From: Blepharisma stoltei ATCC 30299
Taxonomy: Eukaryota; Protista; Ciliophora
Assembly (NCBI GenBank): GCA_965603825.1
Contig: CBFDEM010000037.1
Span: 519,688-583,687 of the forward strand
Direction of reading: 5' to 3'
DNA: 64,000 nucleotides
The position numbers and the translations under genes are program-made. Within the stretch, counting starts at the first letter, position 1. Every line of letters begins with the position of its first letter. Shown one piece after another: positions 1-10,747 of the stretch. The notes below the pieces were generated by a model that did not search any database, was not told the DNA's origin, and was given only the letters and a program-made list of their open reading frames with translations.

Positions 1-1282
1 GAGCTGGGGAAGAAATTTTTGACTTAGGGCTTTCAAGCTGCGTATAGCAAATCTGATGCTGAAGCTCTTGGATTTGTTTTTCAAGCCGCTTCAGCATCTC
101 TGACTGCTCTATTATCAAATTTTCTGTTGAAATTCCGTTACAGGTTTCTATGCTTGATCTAGCTGACCTTATCGGCATATCTTTTATGCTTGAATGCCCA
201 TCACTAGACACGCTTGGGCTTAGAGTATTTCTAGGTTTCCTGACGTTTACTTTTGGCGACGCCAACATATCATTTTCCAGTTTGCTTTTCAAAAACATAC
301 ACGTTTCTGATGCAAAAGTTCCATTTTCTCTGCTTGCCTCTATATTTGAGTTCGCAATGCATCAGGCTGGCTTATCTTGAGTGCTTACTTCATAAAATGT
401 TGGCTTTGAAGAAAAATATACGAACAGGAACGTATTTTGATCAGGACTTGGTGAAATTCTGTCTTGGATGAGCTTGCTTTCAATAAACCTTACACAAGAT
501 GCCCAAACAAGTGGGTGAGTTAACGGATAAGGCTGATTTCCAGGCACGCCGACAGCTCAAACTCCTACAAGTGGGTATCTAAACGCTAAGGGATCAGAAC
601 ACAGTAGAGGCAAAACCCGCTTTTTTTGGTCCAATGTCAAGTACCCAGTTTGAAACTTCGCTTTTTTGTTGGATTTTTGAGTTAGCTGGATACTTAAAGG
701 GGTTGATACAATTTTCAATATTGGAATTGGCACGAACTGCAAATTTATGCTTGGGAACAACAGTTGGCAATTAGCTAACAGTCGTCCATCGTGCACACTA
801 AAACTCAATGTGGCTTTACAAAGATCAAGCGGCTCTAAGTATTCTAGTTCTGCGTATGAGTCTAATTTAAACATCAGGCTTTGCAGCATAAACTCGAATT
901 CACGCTTGTCTGCTTCTAATCTTCACATATCTCTAAGGAATAATCTAATTGTATATTCCCCTGTAGATCTTGGCGTTCTTGTGTGCCATTGACACTCTGT
1001 GATTTTTACGCTCAAATAATGCGTGGAACTATATTTCGATCCAGCTAAAAACCCGCCAAACGCAATTTGTGAATTTTCTCTATGACCAGCTGTATATAAT
1101 GATTCTAAAACTTCAGGGCTAAATTTGATTACTGGCAGCATGGAAGGAATTGTTAGAAGAATTTTCTTGCCAGTTGGAGTGCGCGGCCATAATGAGCATT
1201 TAGAAGCTGATAAATTAATTTGCTTGATAATAGGAAGGGTTCTTGTATCAAACGTGAATGGTTGTTCTTTATAGTTATCCAT
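1..1282 (-). CDS. STIL: STIL (SCL-interrupting locus)-like centriole protein, 3' end outside window
   Basis: ORFs 923-1282, 557-889 and 362-547 join in frame through TGA=Trp and stay open to position 1. Motifs [50 protein letters not shown] and HPLVWASCVRFI resemble the STIL N-terminal domain, followed by coiled coil LIIEQSEMLKRLEKQIQELQ. Confidence 0.75.
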
Positions 1283-1463
1283 TTTAAATTATTTTTTGGT
1301 AAAATAAGCTGAAACTCATATGCAAACTCTTATGAGTTTGCTTTGATGCAATTTTGACAATTCTAATAGATTATTTCCTATTAAAATAACGCATTATCTT
1401 ATACCCAATAAAATTCTCAATTATTTTAAAAATTTCATCAAAATTTAAATAACTTTCATATTC

Positions 1464-2480
1464 TTACACAATCCACCTCACCCTTTTCCCATCTTTCCAC
1501 TCTCCTTTTTTCCTGCTCCCATCTGCATTTATCATCCACCCAACTCCTTCCTGTTTCCCATCTTTTCAGTTTCCTTCATACACTCTTCCATCCGCCCAAT
1601 AATAAGATCCATACCCATGTTTCTTATCATTTTTGTACTCTCCTACATATTTCCTTCCATCTTTCCACGTATAAGTTCCTCTTCCATGCATGCCTCCGTT
1701 AAGCCAATCTCCTTCAAACATTCTTCCATCACTTCACTCATAGGTTCCTTTCCCAGTAATAGAATTTTCAATCCATTGTCCTGCATAAGAAGACCCATCT
1801 TTCCATCAATATTTCCCAAACCCATGCTTTTTGCCATACCTATAATAACCTTCATAACGACTTGAGTCTATCCATGTTTCTTTACCAAAGCCATATTGCA
1901 TATCATTTTTTCAGTCTCCTTCATAGATAGAGCCATTAGCTTGTTTATAAATCCCATAACCATTGGCTTTATTGTCTTTTCAGTCACCTTCATAGGTATC
2001 TCCAGAGGCATGGAAGAATTTTCCTTTCCCACAAGCATTGCCGAGGACTCATCCTCCTTCATATCGAGCACCGTCAGGCCAAGTCTGTGAGCCTTGGCCA
2101 TCTCTGAACCCTCCAAGCCATTCTCCTATATAAGTAGCTCCTGATTTATATTTGTAAGGAGACCGTTGTTCTCTATGTGTAGATTTTGAGAGTTTTGATG
2201 ATAAGGTTTCTTTGTATTCTTGAGGAGTAAAATAAGTAATATTGGTTCTTTGGGTTTTTTGGAGATGGGAAACTAATTTACGATCTTGGTAGCCTCTTCA
2301 TAAAGATTGGATTTTTATAATAGAGTTGATATATGTAGAGGCTTGTTTAATTATATCTTCTTTGGCAGGAGGAGAAGATTGCTTTGTTTGGGGATCATCT
2401 GGAACGTATTCTACATAAAGTTCAGTATTGAGCTCTGCTTCATTGTTTCGACAAGAAAGAGATGAGCAGTTTGATCCCAT
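1464..2480 (-). CDS. IQ-motif + MORN-repeat protein (338 aa)
   Basis: MGSNC start; IKIQSLW(TGA)RGYQDRK IQ motif; many YxGxWxxGxxxGxG MORN repeats with TGA/TGG at Trp; TAA at 1464-1466. Confidence 0.9.
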
Positions 2481-2555
2481 TAAGTTAGATAATAAAATTA
2501 GTGAGATATATAGAATTTTCTCATTAATTTAAAATTAACTTTGGCTGTTTGAGGA

Positions 2556-2879
2556 TTATTGAGAGGATTTAAGCTGCAGTCTGGTGATTGCTATTGCTCC
2601 TATTATAACAATAGCAGTCCCAATTACTAAGTACTTATTTATAGGTCTTCTATTATAGTTAAGCTGAGATTTTTCAATATTAGGTTGCACTATTAACTCA
2701 GCTTCTGCATGGTCATTATGACTAGAATCACTATCGCTTTCTGGAATAATAATATCTTTGAGCTCATCTTCACTTGGAAGTGATTGCGAAGAAATAGAAG
2801 AGGTCAATGGATCACTATCAGAGTCTGTTGTATGTATTTCATCAAGGAAGCCAGTTTCGTAAACGATTTCACTTTCCAT
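2556..2879 (-). CDS. Small acidic protein with C-terminal TM helix (tail-anchored-like)
   Basis: 107-aa ATG..TAA ORF, Ser/Asp-rich, with YLVIGTAIVIIGAIAI near the C-terminus. Confidence 0.65.
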   Translation of the reverse strand: MESEIVYETGFLDEIHTTDSDSDPLTSSISSQSLPSEDELKDIIIPESDSDSSHNDHAEAELIVQPNIEKSQLNYNRRPINKYLVIGTAIVIIGAIAITRLQLKSSQ

Positions 2880-3051
2880 ATTTAATCAATACTATTTAAT
2901 AAGATTCCCAAAAGATATTTTACCTTGCAATTGATATGGGAGACATATATATCAATTCAAATAAAAAATAGAAAAAAATTGCTACATAAGATTTTAGTCA
3001 AAAATTATTTTATATAAAAATTCCGTTTATTTTTCAATTTGTTTACTTCTT

Positions 3052-3372
3052 TTATTCTTGCAAAAACCTATATTTATAAATCATTTCATTCCATCTATCT
3101 TGCATCTCATAACTTACACTTGGACTCCTATATGTAACCCCTCTGAACTCATCAGCCTGCATTTCTTTATTAAATTTCACTATCTCATACCCCAAGCTTC
3201 TCAATTGTCACGGATCCCTTTTTTCATCCCTCACCTCCTGACAATAGATTTCCCATGCTTTCATATACCTATTCACCCTTGTCTCATCTTCCACCATAAA
3301 TATGCATTTCATCGTATCTTTTAATATCCCAGCCACAGCCTTCCTTTCCTGTAAAAAATTAAGCCTATTCAT
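3052..3372 (-). CDS. Hypothetical 106-aa protein, missed by the ORF track
   Basis: MNRLNFLQERKAVAGILKDTMKCIF...RDPW(TGA)QLRS...YKYRFLQE-TAA; 321 nt open with UGA=Trp; head-to-head with PP2A B56. Confidence 0.7.
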
Positions 3373-3381
3373 TGCTTATAA

Positions 3382-4881
3382 ATGTCAACTCCAAGCGCTT
3401 ATAAGGCTGGGGCCAACACCCAAGCCCGTGGCAAAGTCGGAAAAGTTGGAAAAGCCGCCCCTGCCCCAGCTCCCCGTGGCAAAGTTGCGACTGATACCAA
3501 GCACACCCCTAAGGACGCCAAAGAAATGTTTTTGAAAAGGGTTCAGCTGTGCAGTATCACTTATGATTATTCAGACGACAATAAAGACGTTAAAGCTAAA
3601 TCTGAGAGAAATGCAGCTTTACAAGATTTAAGGGAGTTTTTAAATGACTCGAAAAATGTGGCACAGTATGTAATTCCGCATCTGGATCTTGTCATTGATA
3701 TGATCAAGAAAAATATCTTCAGACCTTTGCCGATGGATAAGAAAGGAGGAGATAAATTGGGACCAGGAGAAGCGGGAGCTGAAGGAGGTGATGAAGATAT
3801 GGTCATTGACCCAGCGTGGCCGCATTTACAAGGGGTTTATGAGTTCTTTTTTGAGCTTATTATATGTGAAGCAACTGATGTGAAAAGTTTGAAGGTTTTT
3901 ATAACTCCAAGCTTTATACAGGACTTTTTGCAGCTTTTTGATAGTGAGGAGCCTCGAGAAAGAGACTATTTAAAAAATATTTTACATAGGCTATATGCAA
4001 AATTAGTTCCAAGAAGAAAAATGATAAGAAAAGCAATAAACGACTCCTTCCTTACAATGATTCACGAAACACAAAGATTCAACGGTGCCAGCGAGCTCTT
4101 AGACATTCTCGCCTCAATTATCAGTGGTTTTGCAGTCCCCTTACGAGAAGAGCACGTTGTCTTTTTCAAAGTGATCATGATTCCTCTCCACAAAGTCCAA
4201 ACTGCCCACATATTCCACGAGCAGCTCCTCCGTTGCTCCATGCTTTTCCTCAGCAAAGACCACGCCTTAGCAATACCTCTTGTGGAAGGTCTTCTCCGAT
4301 ACTGGCCATTTGGAAACTCAGTTAAAGAAACTTTATATTTAACAGAGCTCCAAGAAGTCCTCGAAGTCTGCGAACTGGCGAAACTTGAACCTTTAATCCC
4401 AAAACTCTTTAAAAGGCTTGTTAGATGTATTTCTGGACCTCAACTTCAGGTAGCTGACCGTGCTATGTGTTTCTTTGAAAATGACTACTTTTTAGGGATT
4501 TTGCGTACCTTTAAACAAGTCACTTTTCCAATGGTCGTCCCTGTTATTGTAGAACTAGCCGAAACACATTGGCATAAAATACTTCAAGAATCGTTAAATG
4601 CACTTAAGGTGATTTTGAAAGAAATTGACCCTGTGGCTTTTGATAGAGCTCTACAAACCGGATCAAGAGATCTGGCAAGGGCAAATTCATTGGGCACTAT
4701 GCATAACTTGCCGGCAAGGGCTACGACTGAAGCGAAGTGGGATGCACTTGCTGCGAAAGCAAAAGCGATTGATCCGAGATTTAAAGCTCCTTGTGTGCCT
4801 TATGTAGATTCTCATGTAGTAGGGCTGAATAATATGAATGGAATTATGCTGACGAGCCAAAATTTAATTCCGCCTACTTAA
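3382..4881 (+). CDS. PP2A regulatory subunit B' (B56 family)
   Basis: Motifs NIFRPLP, PAWPHLQGVYEFF, LFDSEEPRERDYLKNILHRLY, ELLDILASIISGFAVPLREEH, LLRYWP, QVADRA. Confidence 0.97.
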   Translation: MSTPSAYKAGANTQARGKVGKVGKAAPAPAPRGKVATDTKHTPKDAKEMFLKRVQLCSITYDYSDDNKDVKAKSERNAALQDLREFLNDSKNVAQYVIPHLDLVIDMIKKNIFRPLPMDKKGGDKLGPGEAGAEGGDEDMVIDPAWPHLQGVYEFFFELIICEATDVKSLKVFITPSFIQDFLQLFDSEEPRERDYLKNILHRLYAKLVPRRKMIRKAINDSFLTMIHETQRFNGASELLDILASIISGFAVPLREEHVVFFKVIMIPLHKVQTAHIFHEQLLRCSMLFLSKDHALAIPLVEGLLRYWPFGNSVKETLYLTELQEVLEVCELAKLEPLIPKLFKRLVRCISGPQLQVADRAMCFFENDYFLGILRTFKQVTFPMVVPVIVELAETHWHKILQESLNALKVILKEIDPVAFDRALQTGSRDLARANSLGTMHNLPARATTEAKWDALAAKAKAIDPRFKAPCVPYVDSHVVGLNNMNGIMLTSQNLIPPT

Positions 4882-5133
4882 ATAAATAATTAGAGATTCA
4901 GCATTAATTAAACAATCGGGCGTAGAGATATTTATTGATTGACCATAGTTCTTATTTTTTTTTTTAATAAATACGATTTAATAAGATTCCCAAAAGATAT
5001 TTTACCTTGCAATTGATATGGGAGACATATATATCAATTCGAATAAAAAATAGAAAAAAATTGCTATATAAGATTTAATCAAAAAGTTATTTTATATAAG
5101 TATTCGATTTATTTTTCAATTTGTTTCATTCTT

Positions 5134-5453
5134 TTATTCTTGCAAAAACCTATATTTATAAATCATTTCATTCCATCTATCTTGCATCTCATAACTTACA
5201 CTTGGACTTCTATATGCAACCCCTCTAAACTCATCAGCCTGCATTTCTTTATTAAATTTCACTATCTCATACCCCAAGCTTCTCAATTGTCACGGATCCC
5301 TTTTTCATCCCTCACCTCTTGACAATAGATTTCCCATGCTTTCATATGCCTATTCACCCTTGTCTCATTTTCCACTATAAATATGCATTTCATCGTATCT
5401 TTTAATATCCCAGCCGCAGCCTTCTTTTCCTGTAAAAAATTAAGCCTATTCAT
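5134..5453 (-). pseudogene. Frameshifted copy of the 3052-3372 gene
   Basis: T-run at about 5301 is 5 nt versus 6 nt in copy 1; span is 320 nt. Confidence 0.6.
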
Positions 5454-5462
5454 TGCTTATAG

Positions 5463-6962
5463 ATGTCAACTCCAAGCGTTTATAAGGCTGGGGCCAACAC
5501 CCAAGCCCGTGGTATAGTCGGAAAAATTGGAAAAGCCGCCCCTGCCCCAGCTCCCCGTGGCAAAGTTGAGACTGATGCCAAGCACACCCCTAAGGACGCC
5601 AAAGAAATGTTTTTGAAAAGGGTTCAGCTGTGCAGTGTCACTTATGATTATTCAGACGACGATAAAGACGTTAAAGCTAAATCTGAGAGAAATGCAGCTT
5701 TACAAAATTTAAGGGAGTTTTTAAATGACTCGAAAAATGTGGCACAGTATGTAATTCCGCATCTGGATCTTGTCATTGATATGATCAAGAAAAATATCTT
5801 CAGGCCTCTACCGATGGATAAGAAAGGAGGAGATAAATTGGGACCGGGAGAAGCGCAAGCTGAAGGAGGAGATGAAGATATGGTCATTGACCCAGCGTGG
5901 CCACATTTGCAAGGGGTTTATGAGTTCGTTTTTGAGCTTATTATATGTGAAGCAACTGATGTGAAAAGTTTGAAGGTTTTTATAACTCCAAGCTTTATTC
6001 AGGACTTTTTGCAGCTTTTTGATAGTGAGGAGCCTCGAGAAAGAGACTATTTAAAAAATATTTTACAATTGCTATATGCAAAATTTGTTTCAAGAAGAAA
6101 AATGATAAGAAAAGCAATAAACGACTCCTTCCTTACAATGATTCACGAAACACAAAGATTCAACGGTGCCAGCGAGCTCTAAGATATTCTCGCATCAATT
6201 ATCAGTAATTTTGCTGTCCCCTTACGAGAAGAGCACGTTGTCTTTTTCAAAGTTATCATGATTCCTCTCCACAAAGTCCAAACTACTCACATATTCCACG
6301 AGCAGCTTCTCCGTTGCTCCATGCTTTTCCTCAGCAAAAACCACGCCTTAGCAATACCTCTTATGGAAGGTCTTCTCCGATACTGGCCATTTGGAAACTC
6401 AGTTAAAGAAACTTTATATTTAACAGAGCTCCAAGAAGTCCTCGAAGTCTGCGAACTGGCGAAACTTGAACCTTTAATCCCAAAACTCTTTAAAAGGCTT
6501 GCTAGATGTATTTCTGGACCTCAACTTCAGGTAGCTGACCGTGCTATGTGTTTCTTTGAAAATGACTACTTTTTAGGGATTTTGCGTACCTTTAAACAAG
6601 TCACTTTTCCAATGGTCGTCCCTGTTATTGTAGAACTAGCCGAAACACATTGGCATAAAATACTTCAAGAATCGTTAAATGCACTTAAGGTGATTTTGAA
6701 AGAAATTGACCCTGTGGCTTTTGATAGAGCTCTACAAACCGGATCAAGAGATCTGGCAAGGGCAAATTCGTTGGGCACTATGCATAACTTGCCGGCAAGG
6801 GCTACGACTGAAGCGAAGTGGGATGCACTTGCTGCGAAAGCAAAAGCGATTGATCCGAGATTTAAAGCTCCTTGTGTGCCTTATGTAGATTCTCATGTAG
6901 TAGGGCTGAATAATATGAATGGAATTATGCTGACGAGCCAAAATTTAATTCCGCCTACTTAA
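5463..6962 (+). pseudogene. PP2A B56 duplicate with premature TAA
   Basis: Leu TTA of copy 1 is TAA at 6180-6182; many non-synonymous changes upstream of about 6500. Confidence 0.85.
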
Positions 6963-7541
6963 ATAAATAATTAGAGATTCAGCATTAATTAAACAATTGA
7001 TTGATTATAGTCCTTATTTTATTTTTCTATTTTAGATATTTAAAATAGACAATATTTTAGCTATTTAAACAAAGTAAATTAAATTTCGATAGGTTTATTT
7101 ATACAGAAATGAAGAGAGTGATCAATTTATTTTTAATTTTGATGAATTGAATTTGGATCAATTTTTTGTGTCATACAGAAATATGCAAATAAATTTATTG
7201 AATTGATGGATTTATAATGAATATTTCATTACATTGCATTTCTAAACGTATTTAGAAAGAAATGCTAAATTAACCTGTATTCACGAAGCTAGGTATCCAT
7301 TGATCCTTAGTCATTCTGTACAACACAGCCTGCCAAATAATTTATAATTCCATAGCAAAAGCTAAATTTAATATAAATCCTTTAATGAAGCTAGGGCTAA
7401 AAAAATTAATAAATATATGATAAAAAAGTATTTCTGCTTATCTTAATTAGCCAGAAATAATCTTTACGAAAATTATTAGGTTTTGCTATTTCATAAACTA
7501 AGTATGCAAATTTGATAAATGGAATAATTATTAGAATATTC

Positions 7542-9167
7542 TTATTCACTTATGTACTCCCAAGGACCTTGCCAAGCTTCTAACACTCTATAGAGAAGAT
7601 AGCTCGACTTATTATCCACATCACAAGTAACCGCTTCATTAAAAACATCACTTGTAAGTCTGCAATACAACGATTTTTGGCATTTTTCGTCACATTGCCC
7701 AGCCTCATCTGGATATTGTGACAGCCAGTTTTCATAAAACTTCTGAGCAAACCCAGCGTCATTTAAAACTTGCTCTGCTATAAGCTCAAAAGAGCTAGGC
7801 GACATATCATTCATTTTATACAATCCTTTATAGTCATAAGCCTTTTCAAAAACCGCTTCAGAAGGTCCTTGATTTACTTGATAAAGCGGCAGTCGGTATT
7901 GATGAATGTTTACAAGATGTTTGGTTTCCCAATCATACTCGTACAGTCTGAATGACGGATTTATATATGAGTGCGTTGTAAAAGCAGGGGCAGTATGGAT
8001 AACTCCTGGGTTTTTAGTATTTGGGATTATAGAATTTACTACAGTAAATTCATCATAATGAGTATGCCCAAAAAACTGTCCTCTAATGATATTTTGGAAT
8101 CTGTTAACAATTACCCTATAATGTCTTGCCCAATCTGAGTCCAAGAATTTGTCTCCATTTGGTATATGTCCTATAATAATAACAGGCTCGTTATTTTTTT
8201 CAGCTTGATATAGCTCATTTCTCAGCCATTCCAGCATTTGGCTGGGATCTGTATTATTGGGGACTAAAAATATATTTAAGTTGTCTCCCAATATATTATT
8301 AATCCCAATTACCCTAAACCCAGTATTTGGTTCTAATGCTGAATAAAATCCATTAATAGAAAACTGTTGAATTTCTTCAGGACTAAGCCACCCTTCCCAC
8401 CATTCACTTAAATTTCCTATTAAAACTTGTTCGTGGCCTGGGTTGAAGAAATCCATAGGAAAACAGTCATGGTTTCCTATAACTGGGAATACAGGAACGT
8501 CTATGTATTCTTTAAACCATTTCGTGATGGTTTTTGTATAGTTCAAAACTTGGTCTATATCATAATTCCACTGGTCATGAGGAGAATTATCACCTGTCCA
8601 TACTACAAAAGAAATATTATACTGCTTAAAATCTTGTAAAAATGCTAAAAGGGTGTGAGGGGGAAGGTCACAAACTGCACGAGTGCCCCAGTATCCTGCA
8701 TCGCCTTCACCATTTCTACAACAAAGGGGAGAGTTACAGTTAGATGATTGAGATCCAGGCTGATAAAGAAAATCTAAATGAATATCAGTGATTTGCAGCA
8801 CAAAAAAGGTGTTGTTTCCTGTTTCAGGCCATGGATTTATAGCTGGCATGTCTTGTAAGACTTCTGCTTGGTATTTTTCAAAATTTTCAACAATAAATTG
8901 AGGCTCTGCACATGCTTTAATTTTTGAACAAATTCTATCAGGGCTTAAATACTTGGCAGATAAAGAGCTAACATAAGCAGGCCCATATAAATGAACGTAG
9001 CCTTCACATACTTCTCGGTAGAGATATTTTGAGCAAAGTTCAGTAATAATAATGCTTATACCTTTAAGAACCAGTTTTGAGTTCGCGATCTCTTGAAGTC
9101 CTTTGGCAATATTTTGGCAAATAAAGCAGTCATATGGGGTATGAGAATTTACCTGTATTGCGAGTAT
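7542..9167 (-). CDS. Acid sphingomyelinase-like metallophosphoesterase with saposin-B-like N-terminus; start uncertain
   Basis: Motifs TDIHLD, WTGDNSPH, IGNHD, GHIP, FFGHTH, NPSFRLY. The frame stays open upstream of ATG 8849 through a six-Cys saposin-like segment up to 9167. Confidence 0.88.
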   Translation of the reverse strand: MLAIQVNSHTPYDCFICQNIAKGLQEIANSKLVLKGISIIITELCSKYLYREVCEGYVHLYGPAYVSSLSAKYLSPDRICSKIKACAEPQFIVENFEKYQAEVLQDMPAINPWPETGNNTFFVLQITDIHLDFLYQPGSQSSNCNSPLCCRNGEGDAGYWGTRAVCDLPPHTLLAFLQDFKQYNISFVVWTGDNSPHDQWNYDIDQVLNYTKTITKWFKEYIDVPVFPVIGNHDCFPMDFFNPGHEQVLIGNLSEWWEGWLSPEEIQQFSINGFYSALEPNTGFRVIGINNILGDNLNIFLVPNNTDPSQMLEWLRNELYQAEKNNEPVIIIGHIPNGDKFLDSDWARHYRVIVNRFQNIIRGQFFGHTHYDEFTVVNSIIPNTKNPGVIHTAPAFTTHSYINPSFRLYEYDWETKHLVNIHQYRLPLYQVNQGPSEAVFEKAYDYKGLYKMNDMSPSSFELIAEQVLNDAGFAQKFYENWLSQYPDEAGQCDEKCQKSLYCRLTSDVFNEAVTCDVDNKSSYLLYRVLEAWQGPWEYISE

Positions 9168-9193
9168 TTAATTACAATTAATAAAAAAGCTAC

Positions 9194-10747
9194 TTATTTT
9201 TTTTTGTGATATTTTCTCTTGTCTTTGTGGCTTAATTGGGCTTTATTTCTGCAGCCTTTTCCGCCTTCCCAGAAATTATTACCTTGATGGGGATCTCCAG
9301 CTTTCGTGACTGCTGCTTTGCATCTTCCACAGGACTCTTTTCCAATTGGCTGAAGCATTCCACAGAACCCGCAGACATAGTAATCAGCAGAGGAGGATTT
9401 ATGGTCAGAAATTGCATCATGACAAGTGCTGCAAGGGAATATTTTTTGGCAGCAATTGTATTTAAACCATCTATAAGACTGTGAGAAATGCTTACAAGTC
9501 CCGTTTTTAGGTAATGGCTTTCCAATGAATTTTTCTTTGTTTTCGCCTTCATTTTTCTTATCTGGTCTTTCGCTTAAAAAGTCTATTCCTTGGATTCTAA
9601 AAGACTGTTTTTTAAAGCACTGAGTGCAATTTTCAGTATAAAGATTGAAGCCTGCAATGTTTAATAAGGCTGATTCTGCTCCACAGTCTGCACATGTGAA
9701 TTTAAATGATGATTCGCGAAAATCAACAGGCTTGCAGTTCACAAAATTAGACGTCGCTATCATCAAATCAGTCAACTGATGCATGATTATTGGAAAGATA
9801 GTAAATTGAAGTATAAGAGTGCATTGGCATTCCCCTGAGCCAAGCAGTGAATTTGTACCGGTTTTTATGTCAAATTCTCCTTGGGTTGTTGATAAAGAAG
9901 AAATACTTTGACATCTCATACATTGGACATCTAAAATGCAGCTTTGCAAGGCTCCGCTGCTATAGTTTTTAAAAGTCAAGGCTTGGGCTATTATATTTAG
10001 CACGGCCCTATCTCTCATTTCAAATTTTCTCCTCCTTTGCTTTGTTTCTTTATTAGTCTCATCTTTAAACTCTTCTTTATCTTCTTCATAATCTTCCTCA
10101 TAATCCTCTGATTTTTCAGTTCCTCTACTTTCCTTTCTTAAATTGATATTTTGATTGTTTATTTCTTGAATTTCATTGTTTTCTGCCTCATTTTCATTAT
10201 TTTCCTCTTTTTCTTCTTCTATTGGCTGCTTCTTTTCTTCTTCAATTTGTTTTTGTTTTTCAATTTCTTCTTTTCTTTCTCTTATTTTATCTATCGCTTT
10301 CCCTGATATTATTTGCATGTGATTGTCTATGTATTTCATTGTATAAAATAAACTTTTATATTGTTTTGACAGTTCATTAAAAAAGACTTGCAAGACTTCT
10401 TTAAAAACATCAGTGATTTCGTCATTTAGGATTTTAAATATGCACCCATCTGTATCAAAATTGTCAGGGATTAAGACTTCTAGATGTAGTAATCCTGATT
10501 TTTTAACCAAAGGAGAAATATATTCGTGGACTTCTGATGGATTGGAAAACTTGTGAGTAAATCTTGCGTGGAATGGCTCTATTTCAACGAAAGAGCTTTG
10601 GTATTTTCTTTTAATCTGAGCGAATTCTCTTTCTCTTTCGTCTGTAAGTGATTTTATGTGATTTAAGAATCCGTTGTTCCAGGTCTCCTCATTTACGATA
10701 AACCGCGAATATTCGTCCTGAGAAAGCCCTTTCCCTTTTTTTGACAT
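9194..10747 (-). CDS. CHY zinc-finger protein
   Basis: GTCKHFSQSYRWFKYNCCQKIFPCSTCHD...CGFC...CGRC plus upstream CxxC pairs. Confidence 0.85.
   Translation of the reverse strand: MSKKGKGLSQDEYSRFIVNEETWNNGFLNHIKSLTDEREREFAQIKRKYQSSFVEIEPFHARFTHKFSNPSEVHEYISPLVKKSGLLHLEVLIPDNFDTDGCIFKILNDEITDVFKEVLQVFFNELSKQYKSLFYTMKYIDNHMQIISGKAIDKIRERKEEIEKQKQIEEEKKQPIEEEKEENNENEAENNEIQEINNQNINLRKESRGTEKSEDYEEDYEEDKEEFKDETNKETKQRRRKFEMRDRAVLNIIAQALTFKNYSSGALQSCILDVQCMRCQSISSLSTTQGEFDIKTGTNSLLGSGECQCTLILQFTIFPIIMHQLTDLMIATSNFVNCKPVDFRESSFKFTCADCGAESALLNIAGFNLYTENCTQCFKKQSFRIQGIDFLSERPDKKNEGENKEKFIGKPLPKNGTCKHFSQSYRWFKYNCCQKIFPCSTCHDAISDHKSSSADYYVCGFCGMLQPIGKESCGRCKAAVTKAGDPHQGNNFWEGGKGCRNKAQLSHKDKRKYHKKK

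Larger units (their letters stand above)
2888..7020. repeat. Tandem segmental duplication, period about 2081 bp
   Basis: 2888-4968 recurs at about 4969-7020, including the intergenic aataagattcccaaaagatattttaccttgc, the small minus-strand gene and PP2A B56 (3382 vs 5463). Confidence 0.97.

Noticed and set aside
150-992. Plus-strand ORFs overlapping the STIL-like gene, and similar short antisense ORFs across the window
   Set aside because: Shadow frames of well-supported opposite-strand genes, with no motifs.
3058-3535. Plus-strand ORFs 3058-3324 and 3302-3535 (and 5140-5322)
   Set aside because: Antisense or out-of-frame shadows of the 3052-3372 gene and B56.
6180-6182. TAA readthrough or reassignment in B56 copy 2
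   Set aside because: It replaces Leu TTA, TAA is the usual stop here, and the copy has other damaging changes.
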